Positions 34,001 to 47,857 of a stretch of 64,000 nt of DNA are shown piece by piece. Below the pieces are notes generated by a model. The model worked only from the letters and a program-made list of their open reading frames with translations, made no database searches and had not been told where the DNA came from. Source of the DNA: an uncultured Verrucomicrobiae bacterium (GTDB lineage: Bacteria > Verrucomicrobiota > Verrucomicrobiia > Palsa-1439). The number at the start of each line of letters is the position of its first letter. The first letter of the stretch is position 1. Where the stretch lies: assembly GCA_963812605.1 (NCBI GenBank), contig CAWEWF010000006.1, forward strand, positions 410,942 through 474,941, in the 5' to 3' direction. A program made the position numbers and the translations under genes.

Positions 34001-34987
34001 ATGGACCGTCGTGGTTTTCTGAAAGTGTCCGTCGCCACAGCGGTGTTTGCGGCAACGAGCGGGATCACCTGGGCAATGGATGAAAAGGCGGGCATTCCGC
34101 GGCGGAAACTCGGCCGGACCGGCGAAAGTGTTTCCATGATCGGTCTCGGTGGTTTCCACCTTGGAATGCCCAGCGAGGAGACAAGCCTGCGCATTGTTCG
34201 CACGGCCATCGATAACGGCATGAACTTTCTCGATAACTGTTGGGACTACAATGGCGGTGTCAGTGAAATACGGATGGGCAAAGCTTTGCGCGACGGTTAT
34301 CGCGACCGCGCTTTTCTGATGACGAAAATCGATGGACGAGATCGCTTTACGGCTCAAAAGCAAATTGATGAATCCCTGCGTCGGCTACAGACCGATCATC
34401 TTGACCTGCTGCAGTTGCACGAAGTGATTCGATTAAACGATCCGGACCGGACCTTCGCCAAGGGCGGGGCCATTGAAGCGTTGTTAGAGTCCCAGAAGGC
34501 CGGGAAGACGCGTTTTCTGGGTTTCACCGGACACAAGGACCCTCAGATTCACCTGAAAATGCTCGAAGCCGCCGCGGCACACGACTTCCACTTCGATACC
34601 GTGCAAATGCCTCTCAACGTCATGGACGCGCATTTTAACAGTTTCGAGAAAAAAGTATTGCCCGAACTCGTGAGGCAACAGATCGGTGTGTTGAGCATGA
34701 AACCCATCGGCAGCGGTGTTATTCTGGAGAGCAAAACCGCCAGCGCCGTGGAATGTCTGCACTATGCGATGAATCTGCCAACGAGCGTGGTCATTACGGG
34801 TTGTGACTCCCTGGCCATCTTGCAACAGGCGTTGGATGCCGCCCGCGGTTTTCGCCCGATGAGCGAGGACCAGGTTTCAGCGTTGCTCGCCAGGACAGCC
34901 CAGGCATCCAACATTGGACAATTTGAGCTGTACAAAACCTCCCCGCGATTCGATAGCACACAGCAGCATATCGAGTGGTTGGGCTAG
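34001..34987 (+). CDS. Aldo/keto reductase with Tat signal
   Basis: MDRRGFLK; GLGGFHLG, DNCWDY, LQTDHLDL. Confidence 0.9.
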   Translation: MDRRGFLKVSVATAVFAATSGITWAMDEKAGIPRRKLGRTGESVSMIGLGGFHLGMPSEETSLRIVRTAIDNGMNFLDNCWDYNGGVSEIRMGKALRDGYRDRAFLMTKIDGRDRFTAQKQIDESLRRLQTDHLDLLQLHEVIRLNDPDRTFAKGGAIEALLESQKAGKTRFLGFTGHKDPQIHLKMLEAAAAHDFHFDTVQMPLNVMDAHFNSFEKKVLPELVRQQIGVLSMKPIGSGVILESKTASAVECLHYAMNLPTSVVITGCDSLAILQQALDAARGFRPMSEDQVSALLARTAQASNIGQFELYKTSPRFDSTQQHIEWLG

Positions 34988-35194
34988 GCGCGATCCCCGT
35001 GCGATGTACTCCGTATTATCTCTGATTGCGCTCTCGGAAGGCTTCCTAGAGTAGAATCGGGAAGCCTCCGATTGCCGGACATTCGGCAAATATGCTTATC
35101 TTTCCTCGATAATGCGAAAGACATTGTTTGGGGAACCGCGACTTCCGGTTATGTCTCGTCCAAATAACGCGGATAGTGCAGGAAGAGGCCGTTC

Positions 35195-40951
<5,757 letters not shown>

Positions 40952-40960
40952 GAAACCAAT

Positions 40961-42106
40961 ATGCTGACCGCACTCAGAACCGAACGGAAGATGACGACGG
41001 AACCGCAGGAATCACCGGCCGCGGACAGCCCGGTCAGTATCCTGCTCGTGGACGATGACGCCCGCAACCTCGATGCGCTGGAAAGCATTCTCGATTTCCC
41101 AGGGTACCATTTGGTGAGCGCGCAGACTGCCGAGGAGGCGCTGCTGGCGTTGATCTCGAATGACTTTGCGGTGATCGTGCTCGACATCCGCATGCCGGGA
41201 ATGAACGGCCTGGAACTGGCCCAGATCATCAAGCAGCGCAAAAAGACCCAGCACATCCCCATCATCTTTTTGACCGCGTACTATCAGGAGGGGGACCAGA
41301 TGATCAACGGTTACGATGCGGGCGCCGTTGATTATCTAAGCAAGCCGTGCAACCCGGTCGTCCTCCGTTCGAAGGTTTCTGTGTTTGTCAGCCTTTTCCG
41401 CAACGCGCGCGCACTTCAGACGGAAATCAGCGAGCGCCGGCGCCTGGAATCCGAACTTGCCCGGGCCATTGAGCGCGAACAACTGCGCCTGGGCCAGGAA
41501 CTGCATGATGGCCTCGGCCAGCAATTGACCGGCATCTGTTACATGATACAGGCGCTCCAGGCCAAACTCCAGAAAGCATCGCCGATGGCCGCGCGGGAAC
41601 TGGAAAGGTTGGGGTCGCTGATGCAGCAAAGCATCGACCAATCTCGCGACCTGGCAAAGGGATTCTATCCGGTGGAGTTGGAAAGGCTCGGGTTGCTGAC
41701 CGCGCTGCAGGAAATCAGCTCCAAGATGAGACAGCGCTCCAACATTTGCTGCGTGGTGGAATCGGATGGGGATCCATTCTGTTCCAACCTGAAAGGTCCG
41801 GTGGCGATCCAGCTTTTCCGCATCGCCCAGGAAGCGATGCACAACGCGATCAAACATTCCCAGGCAAAGCGGATTGTGGTGCGTCTGGCGTCGACTAACG
41901 GTCATATTATCCTCACCGTCAAAGACGATGGGATCGGTTTCAATGCCCATGCAAGAACCAAAAAGGGAATGGGCCTGGCCATCATGCAGTATCGGGCGAG
42001 AATGGTGGACGGGACTTTGGATATTCGGACCACGGACGAAGGCGGCGTGGTCGTCACTTGCTCGGCGCCGCTGGAAGCCTTGAAAGATGCCGCTCGCGCC
42101 GATTAA
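40961..42106 (+). CDS. Receiver-HisKA_3 histidine kinase
   Basis: ILLVDDD, ELHDGLGQ, KDDGIG, GMGL. Confidence 0.92.
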   Translation: MLTALRTERKMTTEPQESPAADSPVSILLVDDDARNLDALESILDFPGYHLVSAQTAEEALLALISNDFAVIVLDIRMPGMNGLELAQIIKQRKKTQHIPIIFLTAYYQEGDQMINGYDAGAVDYLSKPCNPVVLRSKVSVFVSLFRNARALQTEISERRRLESELARAIEREQLRLGQELHDGLGQQLTGICYMIQALQAKLQKASPMAARELERLGSLMQQSIDQSRDLAKGFYPVELERLGLLTALQEISSKMRQRSNICCVVESDGDPFCSNLKGPVAIQLFRIAQEAMHNAIKHSQAKRIVVRLASTNGHIILTVKDDGIGFNAHARTKKGMGLAIMQYRARMVDGTLDIRTTDEGGVVVTCSAPLEALKDAARAD

Positions 42107-42166
42107 GGCAGCCTCGCGGCAACGGTGCGCCGGTTTCGGGCGTTGCCTGAACGATGATCTCGATGC

Positions 42167-43021
42167 TCAGGAACCGATTCGTTTGCGCAACCGCCTTTTC
42201 ACATCGGCCTGGAACTCATCGATGAACCCGCATACATACTCAACAATATCGCGCGACTCATCGACTACCAGCGGCGTCAGATCCATGCCAAACGCCACCG
42301 CCGTGGCCTGATCCGTGGCGTGGGACTTGAAGAACGTCGCGTTGGCACGACGACGACCGAGCACGGCAAGGTCGTAACGCTTGCCACCCGCAATTTGCGA
42401 AGCAAACACGCTGTTGATCGCCGCGGCGAGGTCCTCGTGACCGCTGACATCCATCAGCACCTTGCGCTCATCGGCCAACCAATCGAGATCACGCCAGACT
42501 TCGCAGCCCCAAACTTTCCGTGGACGTCGTTCCGTCGGTAATTCGCGCATTGCCTGGAGCGCGGCGATAACGACGCCGATGTGTGTATCGTGTTTGTCGG
42601 CGGGATTATGGGTGTAGAGAATCTGCGGATGCATTGCGGCGAGCAATTGCTTCAAGTCGTCCTGCAACGCGGTATCGGCCGAATTCCTGACGGCAGTGCT
42701 GGAGTAACCGAGTTGCGCCATCAATCCGTAGCGTCCAATCGTTGCGGCGGCTTTCTGTTCCTGGCGACGGACAGCCTGCATTTGTTCGTCGGTGTGGTTG
42801 GCGTACACGCCGAGGCGCGCGCTCCCGCCGCCATCCGTACAGGTGATCCCCCCGAACCCTTTGTTGTCAGCCTGATAACATTCCACAATCCCGTGGAAGG
42901 CCATGAACTCCAGGTCATCCTGATGCGCGCCGATCCCCAAATGCGTGATACGACGGAGCGCTGCCTCAACAGGCTGGCCGTCCGGCACAAAGATCTCCGC
43001 GGACTCGTTGCGCAGTTTCAC
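42167..43021 (-). CDS. PIG-L family deacetylase
   Basis: GAHQDDLE, THNPADKHDTH; GTG start inferred, in-frame ATG also at 43144. Confidence 0.85.
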   Translation of the reverse strand: MKLRNESAEIFVPDGQPVEAALRRITHLGIGAHQDDLEFMAFHGIVECYQADNKGFGGITCTDGGGSARLGVYANHTDEQMQAVRRQEQKAAATIGRYGLMAQLGYSSTAVRNSADTALQDDLKQLLAAMHPQILYTHNPADKHDTHIGVVIAALQAMRELPTERRPRKVWGCEVWRDLDWLADERKVLMDVSGHEDLAAAINSVFASQIAGGKRYDLAVLGRRRANATFFKSHATDQATAVAFGMDLTPLVVDESRDIVEYVCGFIDEFQADVKRRLRKRIGS

Positions 43022-43183
43022 GATCTTCTCCTCAACGCCGGCAGACCGGCGAGCGGCCTGGCCGACCAATAGTCCGCCATACACGCCCGCCACCAAGTTG
43101 GTGAGTGCGATCAGAAAAGTTTCTCTTTTGGTCAAGACGCGCATCGGGCTGTTTTCTCCACAACGGTCGGAGGTGCAAATTTG

Positions 43184-43220
43184 ATTAAACCTCTGATGGA
43201 ACCACGAGGAAAGCTCAAAA
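43184..43220 (-). repeat. Promoter-like repeat (motif R)
   Basis: attaaacctctgatggaaccacgaggaaagctcaaaa. Confidence 0.85.
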
Positions 43221-43290
43221 GCGCCCCATCCCACCCGGAATTGTGGGTTTCAACAGCCCACAGCCGCAGCGGAGACTGGGGAGGTAAATA

Positions 43291-43350
43291 TTGAAATTGG
43301 CTCCCCGCTTTGGACGGTTTGCGAACCTTGCGGTTCGAACTTTCAAAGGC
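43291..43350. repeat. tRNA-end-like att repeat (motif L)
   Basis: ttgaaattggctccccgctttggacggtttgcgaaccttgcggttcgaac. Confidence 0.9.
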
Positions 43351-43359
43351 TGCCACGGT

Positions 43360-43446
43360 GGCTGTCGTAGACCCTCAGACCGCGCAGGCCCCAGAGCATC
43401 CAAGCGGAGTGCGCGGGCGGCGGCTGCCTGCAGGGTCTTGTTAGCC
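43360..43446 (-). mobile_element. Degenerate integron attC-like site
   Basis: Minus strand GGCTAAC-AAGAC-CCTGCAGG...TCTGAGG-GTCTAC-GACAGCC, immediately 3' of a cassette gene. Confidence 0.6.
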
Positions 43447-43464
43447 GTTGTGGCCTGTGATTTC

Positions 43465-43947
43465 TCATTTCGCTCTCTCCAAAATCATAGCCTCCCCGCC
43501 GTCTGGATCGCCCAACGTGAAAATCAATCCATAAGGCGGCTTCTGTCCAGTCAGGCCGACTGGCTTAATCTTTGCACTCGGAGAATCCAAGTACACTCCC
43601 CAGTGTGTCTTGAGCGACCCGTTGCCGTTGTCAATCGAACCAACACTGTCAATGCGCCAAGTGCCCGAGGCTGTCAAAAGCGAACTGAAAAAGTTCGTGC
43701 CAGTCGAACCAAGCTCCCACGGCGGAACGTTCGTGGCGGTGAATGTGCCATCTGCTTGCAGATAAATGAGGCAAGGCTTGCCCTGAAACGCCGCCAATCC
43801 ACCTTGTGTAACTGTCTGACTTGCCAGCATGTAGAGACCGGCAACATCTGCAGTCTGCGGCTTCTCGGTTGTGTAGAGGTGTGCGTATGGGTCATACTGA
43901 CAACCCTGCGCCAACAACAAGATCGTAAGAAATGAGAGAACGCGCAT
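43465..43947 (-). CDS. Hypothetical lipoprotein (cassette gene)
   Basis: MRVLSFLTILLLAQGC lipobox-like start at 43947. Confidence 0.75.
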   Translation of the reverse strand: MRVLSFLTILLLAQGCQYDPYAHLYTTEKPQTADVAGLYMLASQTVTQGGLAAFQGKPCLIYLQADGTFTATNVPPWELGSTGTNFFSSLLTASGTWRIDSVGSIDNGNGSLKTHWGVYLDSPSAKIKPVGLTGQKPPYGLIFTLGDPDGGEAMILERAK

Positions 43948-43956
43948 AGAAATGCT

Positions 43957-44035
43957 ATTAGACCTTTGATAGAACTGTGAGGAAAGACCAAAATACGTCC
44001 CCGCTTTGGACGGTTTGCGAACCTTGCGGTTTGAA
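43957..44035. repeat. Cassette junction: motif R + motif L
   Basis: attagacctttgatagaactgtgaggaaagaccaaaa-tacgtccccgctttggacggtttgcgaaccttgcggtttgaa. Confidence 0.9.
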
Positions 44036-44146
44036 ATGGTCAGCGTCTGATTATCTCGGACTGCGGTGCCAGCCACGCGCGCGTTCGTGGCCGTGCCGAT
44101 GTCGAGATAGTTGCCCCTGGTTCGCTCCAGTGATTTTGTTAGGCAC

Positions 44147-44596
44147 CTAATTGACATCACCAAGATAGATCGTGTGAAAGTCGCCCAGACCTTTCTGAAA
44201 AAGCTTCGGGTAGACCCGAACACTACCCAAGCTTTCGAGGGGCACCCATTCCACATCAACCTGATTGGTATCCCTCATTTCTCCGTTCCTGGGTTCTGGT
44301 CCGGACACCAGACCACACTCGAAGTACAATTCCACCTGATGAACATCACCGTCAGACTCCGGAAATTCATGGTTCCTTCCGATGTACTCGCGCACAAGAC
44401 GCAGCGGCCCGACAGAAATCGATATGCCTGTCTCTTCGAAGCATTCCCGGCGTAGCGCGGCAAGCATGTCCTCGCCGGGATTTTGCCCACCTCCAGGGAA
44501 AACGTACCAGAAGCCATCTTGATCAATGTTCTTGATGAGGAGCACATGACGGTCACGGATTATGATCGCTTTGATAGAGTTGCGAATTGGCTTCAT
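44147..44596 (-). CDS. NUDIX hydrolase (cassette gene)
   Basis: PGGGQNPGE....ALRRECFEETG Nudix box. Confidence 0.9.
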   Translation of the reverse strand: MKPIRNSIKAIIIRDRHVLLIKNIDQDGFWYVFPGGGQNPGEDMLAALRRECFEETGISISVGPLRLVREYIGRNHEFPESDGDVHQVELYFECGLVSGPEPRNGEMRDTNQVDVEWVPLESLGSVRVYPKLFQKGLGDFHTIYLGDVN

Positions 44597-44623
44597 ATCT
44601 TCCTTCCAGATCGGCGCGTTCCC

Positions 44624-44720
44624 ATTAAATCTCTGATGGAACCACTAGGAAAGCACAAACGGGGCTCTCCGCTTCTGGCGCTTTGCGAACCTGGCCGGTT
44701 TGAGGTACTGAGGGCTTCCG
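44624..44720. repeat. Cassette junction: motif R + motif L
   Basis: attaaatctctgatggaaccactaggaaagcacaaac-ggggctctccgcttctggcgctttgcgaacctggccggtttga. Confidence 0.88.
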
Positions 44721-44754
44721 TGTTATCAAAGGCTTTGCATACCACACCGACTGC

Positions 44755-45243
44755 TTAGAAAATTCCCGATTTCGCATACTCGCGGAACTTCTGCCGTTGT
44801 TCGGGGGTAAACGAACTCTTTGGAATGACCGATGCAAGACCGGTTTTGGAAAGGTGGAGATAAAAGTAATCGGCATCTTCCGAGAACCCGTGAAATCTCG
44901 TCCACGGCATTTCGCTTCTCCAGTCCGGTCCGACAACTACCAGGCGCGACTGGCCGAACTCGACTGTCTTCGGATCAGTTAACTGAGAGTTACCATCGAC
45001 CACCCTGCCGAGGCCCCGGTAAAGAAAGATTGGGAGTAAGACACATAGCACGAAAAGAAAAATACCGATAGACTGACTGCCGCGATCAAACGCGAGGAGG
45101 AACATGCCGCAGACGAGCAACGCCGCCATGCTTGCGAGACGACGGGGGCGAAACATCATGCGCCTCCACAAAATCCGGACAAGAACATCGCGTGGCATTT
45201 TGTAGCTAATGGATGAACTCTCAAGAAGTGGAGGAGGTTCCAT
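44755..45243 (-). CDS. YcxB-like membrane protein (cassette gene)
   Basis: Two TMs then SEMPW..F....ED..YFYL....VIPK.SF; ATG at 45243. Confidence 0.75.
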   Translation of the reverse strand: MEPPPLLESSSISYKMPRDVLVRILWRRMMFRPRRLASMAALLVCGMFLLAFDRGSQSIGIFLFVLCVLLPIFLYRGLGRVVDGNSQLTDPKTVEFGQSRLVVVGPDWRSEMPWTRFHGFSEDADYFYLHLSKTGLASVIPKSSFTPEQRQKFREYAKSGIF

Positions 45244-45253
45244 TGCTTGGCTG

Positions 45254-45350
45254 ATTAAACCTCCGATCAACCCCGGAAGAAAGCACAAAAAAGGAGTCCC
45301 CGCATTGGGCGATTTGCCAACCCGGCGGTTTGAACTTCCGAGGGTCACCG
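45254..45350. repeat. Cassette junction: motif R + motif L
   Basis: attaaacctccgatcaaccccggaagaaagcacaaaaaa-ggagtccccgcattgggcgatttgccaacccggcggtttgaacttccgaggg. Confidence 0.85.
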
Positions 45351-45378
45351 ATTGTTGTTCGCTTTTCCTCAGGCGAAA

Positions 45379-45815
45379 TCCGCCTTCGCTAAAGCTACGG
45401 AGGACAAGCCTGCTCGGTTATCGTTAATCGATAATTGTTCTGGACACGGTGTTTCCGGGTAGGTATAGTCGGGGAGTAAACAAGTGAACACTCAATGTTC
45501 AACTCTCCGTCGCGAGTATGGAAATACCCCTCACCCTAACCCTCTCCCCCAAGGGGAGAGGCAAGCGGAATGGCAAGGCTTCCGCCGTCGCTCTTCGAGC
45601 TATGGCGGACAGGTCGGCGCGACTTGCGGGGGGGCCCCTATACGTTTCTGCGAAACGAACCCACCGTTTTTTGACGGAATTTATATTGTAAATGCCTATG
45701 AATGCATGCGTTATGCAAGAAATGCGCGAGGTGAATCGGTGGGTTCGTTTTGGAAAACGAACCCACCGGGGAGGGTTTTTGGGGTCGTTTCCGGTGAAAA
45801 GTGGGTTCGTTTTAG
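45379..45815. repeat. Cluster of short palindromic/REP-like and aacgaacccac elements
   Basis: ccgccttcgctaaagctacggagg; ccctcaccctaaccctctcc..ggagagg; ccgccgtcgc..gctatggcgg; several aaacgaacccac / gtgggttcgtttt. Confidence 0.65.
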
Positions 45816-45935
45816 GAAAGCGAAGCCGGTTGCCCCAGACGACAACGGCATTTGGCTCGGCTCCGTCCGACTCGGCTTGCGGCGCAACGAGTTTGAAATT
45901 GGCTCCGCGCGTTGGACGGTTTGCGAACCTGGCGG
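45797..45935. repeat. ~110-bp direct repeat copy ending in a hybrid tRNA-end/motif L junction
   Basis: Similar to 46921-47030; ...ttgaaattggctccgcgcgttggacggtttgcgaacct. Confidence 0.88.
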
Positions 45936-46068
45936 CTATAGATCGTGCGTGGGCTTTGAGGTCGCTCAGTGGTCGATCTCTGCAACGGGCAAGAAATCTG
46001 CTCAAATTCCTATTGTTCCAAGCCGAGCGAAAGGATATGGAATACGTAGGTTGTTTCAGGCTGCGTCA

Positions 46069-46914
46069 ATGAGATTTTACAAACTCGATCAGGTTACGAT
46101 TTCTCGCGAGGATCACGTTTTCAAGGTCTCGCCGACCTTCCAGACGATCGGGCTGTTCATGACGTCGGGAGTTGTTCTGACTTTGCTGGTCCTCGCCATT
46201 CGCAGCGGAATACACCGCCACGTGGTTCCCGCATTTTTCGGCTGCGCCTTCGCGGGGATGTTCGGTTTATTCACGCTGAATAGCTACGGTTCCTCACGCG
46301 CCAGCCGCATGCCTACCAACTGGCTCCTGCGGTGTCACGCTCGCGGGCTCTTGATCCATTATCGGTCATACCGGAACTGGCGCTTTCCCGCTGACACTCC
46401 CCAGGTCGTCGGCTGGGATTACGCGGAGATTGCGTGGGTGCGCGTCGCCAAGGAAAGGCGCATCGTTCCCAGTATGGCGCACGGAGCGAACAGTTCCGAA
46501 ACGCATTTCATGACCTTTGTGGAATTGGGACTGGTGAATCCGGATACGACCGAGTTGGAAAAGTATCTCAGTGCGGACCGCAACCTTTCTGCAGGAGTCG
46601 GCTTGGTTGTGGGGGATTACCCGGTGCAGGTGTTGCCGGGTGGAATCGTGCAGATGTCCTGGAGCGGCATGCACCCGTCCGCGCATCACGCGGTGGAATG
46701 CCTCGGTCGCCATGTGAAAATCGTCGAGACGGACCATCGCGTCGTCGATCTCACCCCTCATTCCAAGACGCCGCCTGAGGAGGAGCGTCAGAAAATCCTC
46801 CAGCTCGTAAGATCTGGCGACGTTCTTGCGGCCGTGACCATGGCGCAACGGGTCCACGGCTATTCGCTGACCGAGGCCCACGAGTTTGTGGAAAAGCTAA
46901 AGACAGAAACGTAA
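46069..46914 (+). CDS. Hypothetical membrane protein with a C-terminal L7/L12-like helical tail
   Basis: Two TMs; ends AAV....VHGYSLTEAHEFVEKL; upstream extension in the ORF track runs through repeats. Confidence 0.65.
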   Translation: MRFYKLDQVTISREDHVFKVSPTFQTIGLFMTSGVVLTLLVLAIRSGIHRHVVPAFFGCAFAGMFGLFTLNSYGSSRASRMPTNWLLRCHARGLLIHYRSYRNWRFPADTPQVVGWDYAEIAWVRVAKERRIVPSMAHGANSSETHFMTFVELGLVNPDTTELEKYLSADRNLSAGVGLVVGDYPVQVLPGGIVQMSWSGMHPSAHHAVECLGRHVKIVETDHRVVDLTPHSKTPPEEERQKILQLVRSGDVLAAVTMAQRVHGYSLTEAHEFVEKLKTET

Positions 46915-46920
46915 GGGGCC

Positions 46921-47030
46921 AAAAGTGGGTCGTTTCAGGAAAACGAAACTCGTTGCCGCGGACGACAGCGGCACCTGGCTCGGCTTCGTTCGACTCGGCT
47001 TGCGGCACAACGAGGTTGAAATTGGCTCCG
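46921..47030. repeat. ~110-bp direct repeat copy abutting the tRNA-Asn 3' end
   Basis: aaaagtgggtcgtttcaggaaa...cgactcggcttgcggcacaacgaggttgaaattggctccg. Confidence 0.88.
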
Positions 47031-47097
47031 CAGGTAGGACTCGAACCTACAACCCGCGCATTAACAGTGCGCTGCTCCACCATTGAGCTACTGCGGA
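47023..47097 (-). tRNA. tRNA-Asn(GTT)
   Basis: Cloverleaf TCCGCAG...GCGCA-CTGTTAA-TGCGC...GTAGG-TTCGAGT-CCTAC-CTGCGGA-G-CCA. Confidence 0.97.
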
Positions 47098-47115
47098 ACG
47101 GAAAGTGGTGGCTTG

Positions 47116-47727
47116 TTATATAGGCGACACACCGAGTTTCGTCAACTCTGCGCGTGCCTGGTCGGGATTATGGAAATGGATGGCCAGCATCCCGGCGTGG
47201 CGGGCGGCCTCGGCATTGGCGGCGATGTCGTCGAGGAAAACCGTGCGGCCGGCGGTCAGGCCGGACGTGCGCAGCACATGCTGGAAAATCGCGGGATCGG
47301 GTTTCAGCAGGCCGACCTCGTGGGACAGCACGTGCGCGTCGAAATCCCGCAGCAACGGGTATTGCTCGAAGACGTAGTCCATGTGGATGGCGTTGGTGTT
47401 CGAGAGGATGAGCCGCGGCAGGCGGTTCTTGAGTGATTCGGCCAGCGCCATCATCGGCTCGATGGGCGTGAAGATGTCCGACCAGATCAACGCGAACTCC
47501 TCGTACGTGCCATCGAAGGCCAGATCTTTCGCGACGGTGTGAAAGAACCGCAGCTTCGTTACCTTGCCGAGCGCCAGTTCGGTCACATGCGGCGTACCGC
47601 GCGCGTACTCGTAAATCTGCTGCGGTGTGCGACCCGTACGCGCGCCGAGGCGCTTCACGGCGCGCGACTCGTCAAACGCCAGCAACACATTGCCCAAATC
47701 AAAAATGACCGCATCGATCCCGTTCAT
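47116..47727 (-). CDS. HAD family phosphatase
   Basis: FDLGNV, LSNT, KPDP, FLDD. Confidence 0.9.
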   Translation of the reverse strand: MNGIDAVIFDLGNVLLAFDESRAVKRLGARTGRTPQQIYEYARGTPHVTELALGKVTKLRFFHTVAKDLAFDGTYEEFALIWSDIFTPIEPMMALAESLKNRLPRLILSNTNAIHMDYVFEQYPLLRDFDAHVLSHEVGLLKPDPAIFQHVLRTSGLTAGRTVFLDDIAANAEAARHAGMLAIHFHNPDQARAELTKLGVSPI

Positions 47728-47857
47728 GGTTGTTCCAGAATTTCGCGGAACCAGAACCCATCCCCCAAATGGTGGGACAGGCCTCCGTGCCTGTCAAAAT
47801 TCACCCACACAGGCCCCGAAAGCTTTCGGGGTGCCACCGAAGGTTTATGAGACCACT

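Noticed and set aside
43291-43350. Motif L as a functional tRNA gene
   Set aside because: Only GGTTCG and GGAGCCA resemble a tRNA; there is no D arm, anticodon arm or acceptor 5' strand.
43948-44259. Long N-terminus of ORF 43465..44259
   Set aside because: It overlaps the NUDIX gene and the junction repeat; the lipoprotein signal begins at 43947.
43184-45935. Junction repeats as a CRISPR array
   Set aside because: Intervals are gene-sized and coding, the repeats are degenerate and bipartite, and no cas genes are present.
45484-46068. N-terminal extension of the 476-aa ORF
   Set aside because: It translates through REP-like repeats and an att junction; the start at 46069 is more plausible.
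43184-47097. Canonical integron
   Set aside because: No intI or attI is seen. The recurring junction lacks RYYYAAC...GTTRRRY symmetry, and attC-like sequences are only decayed remnants at some genes.
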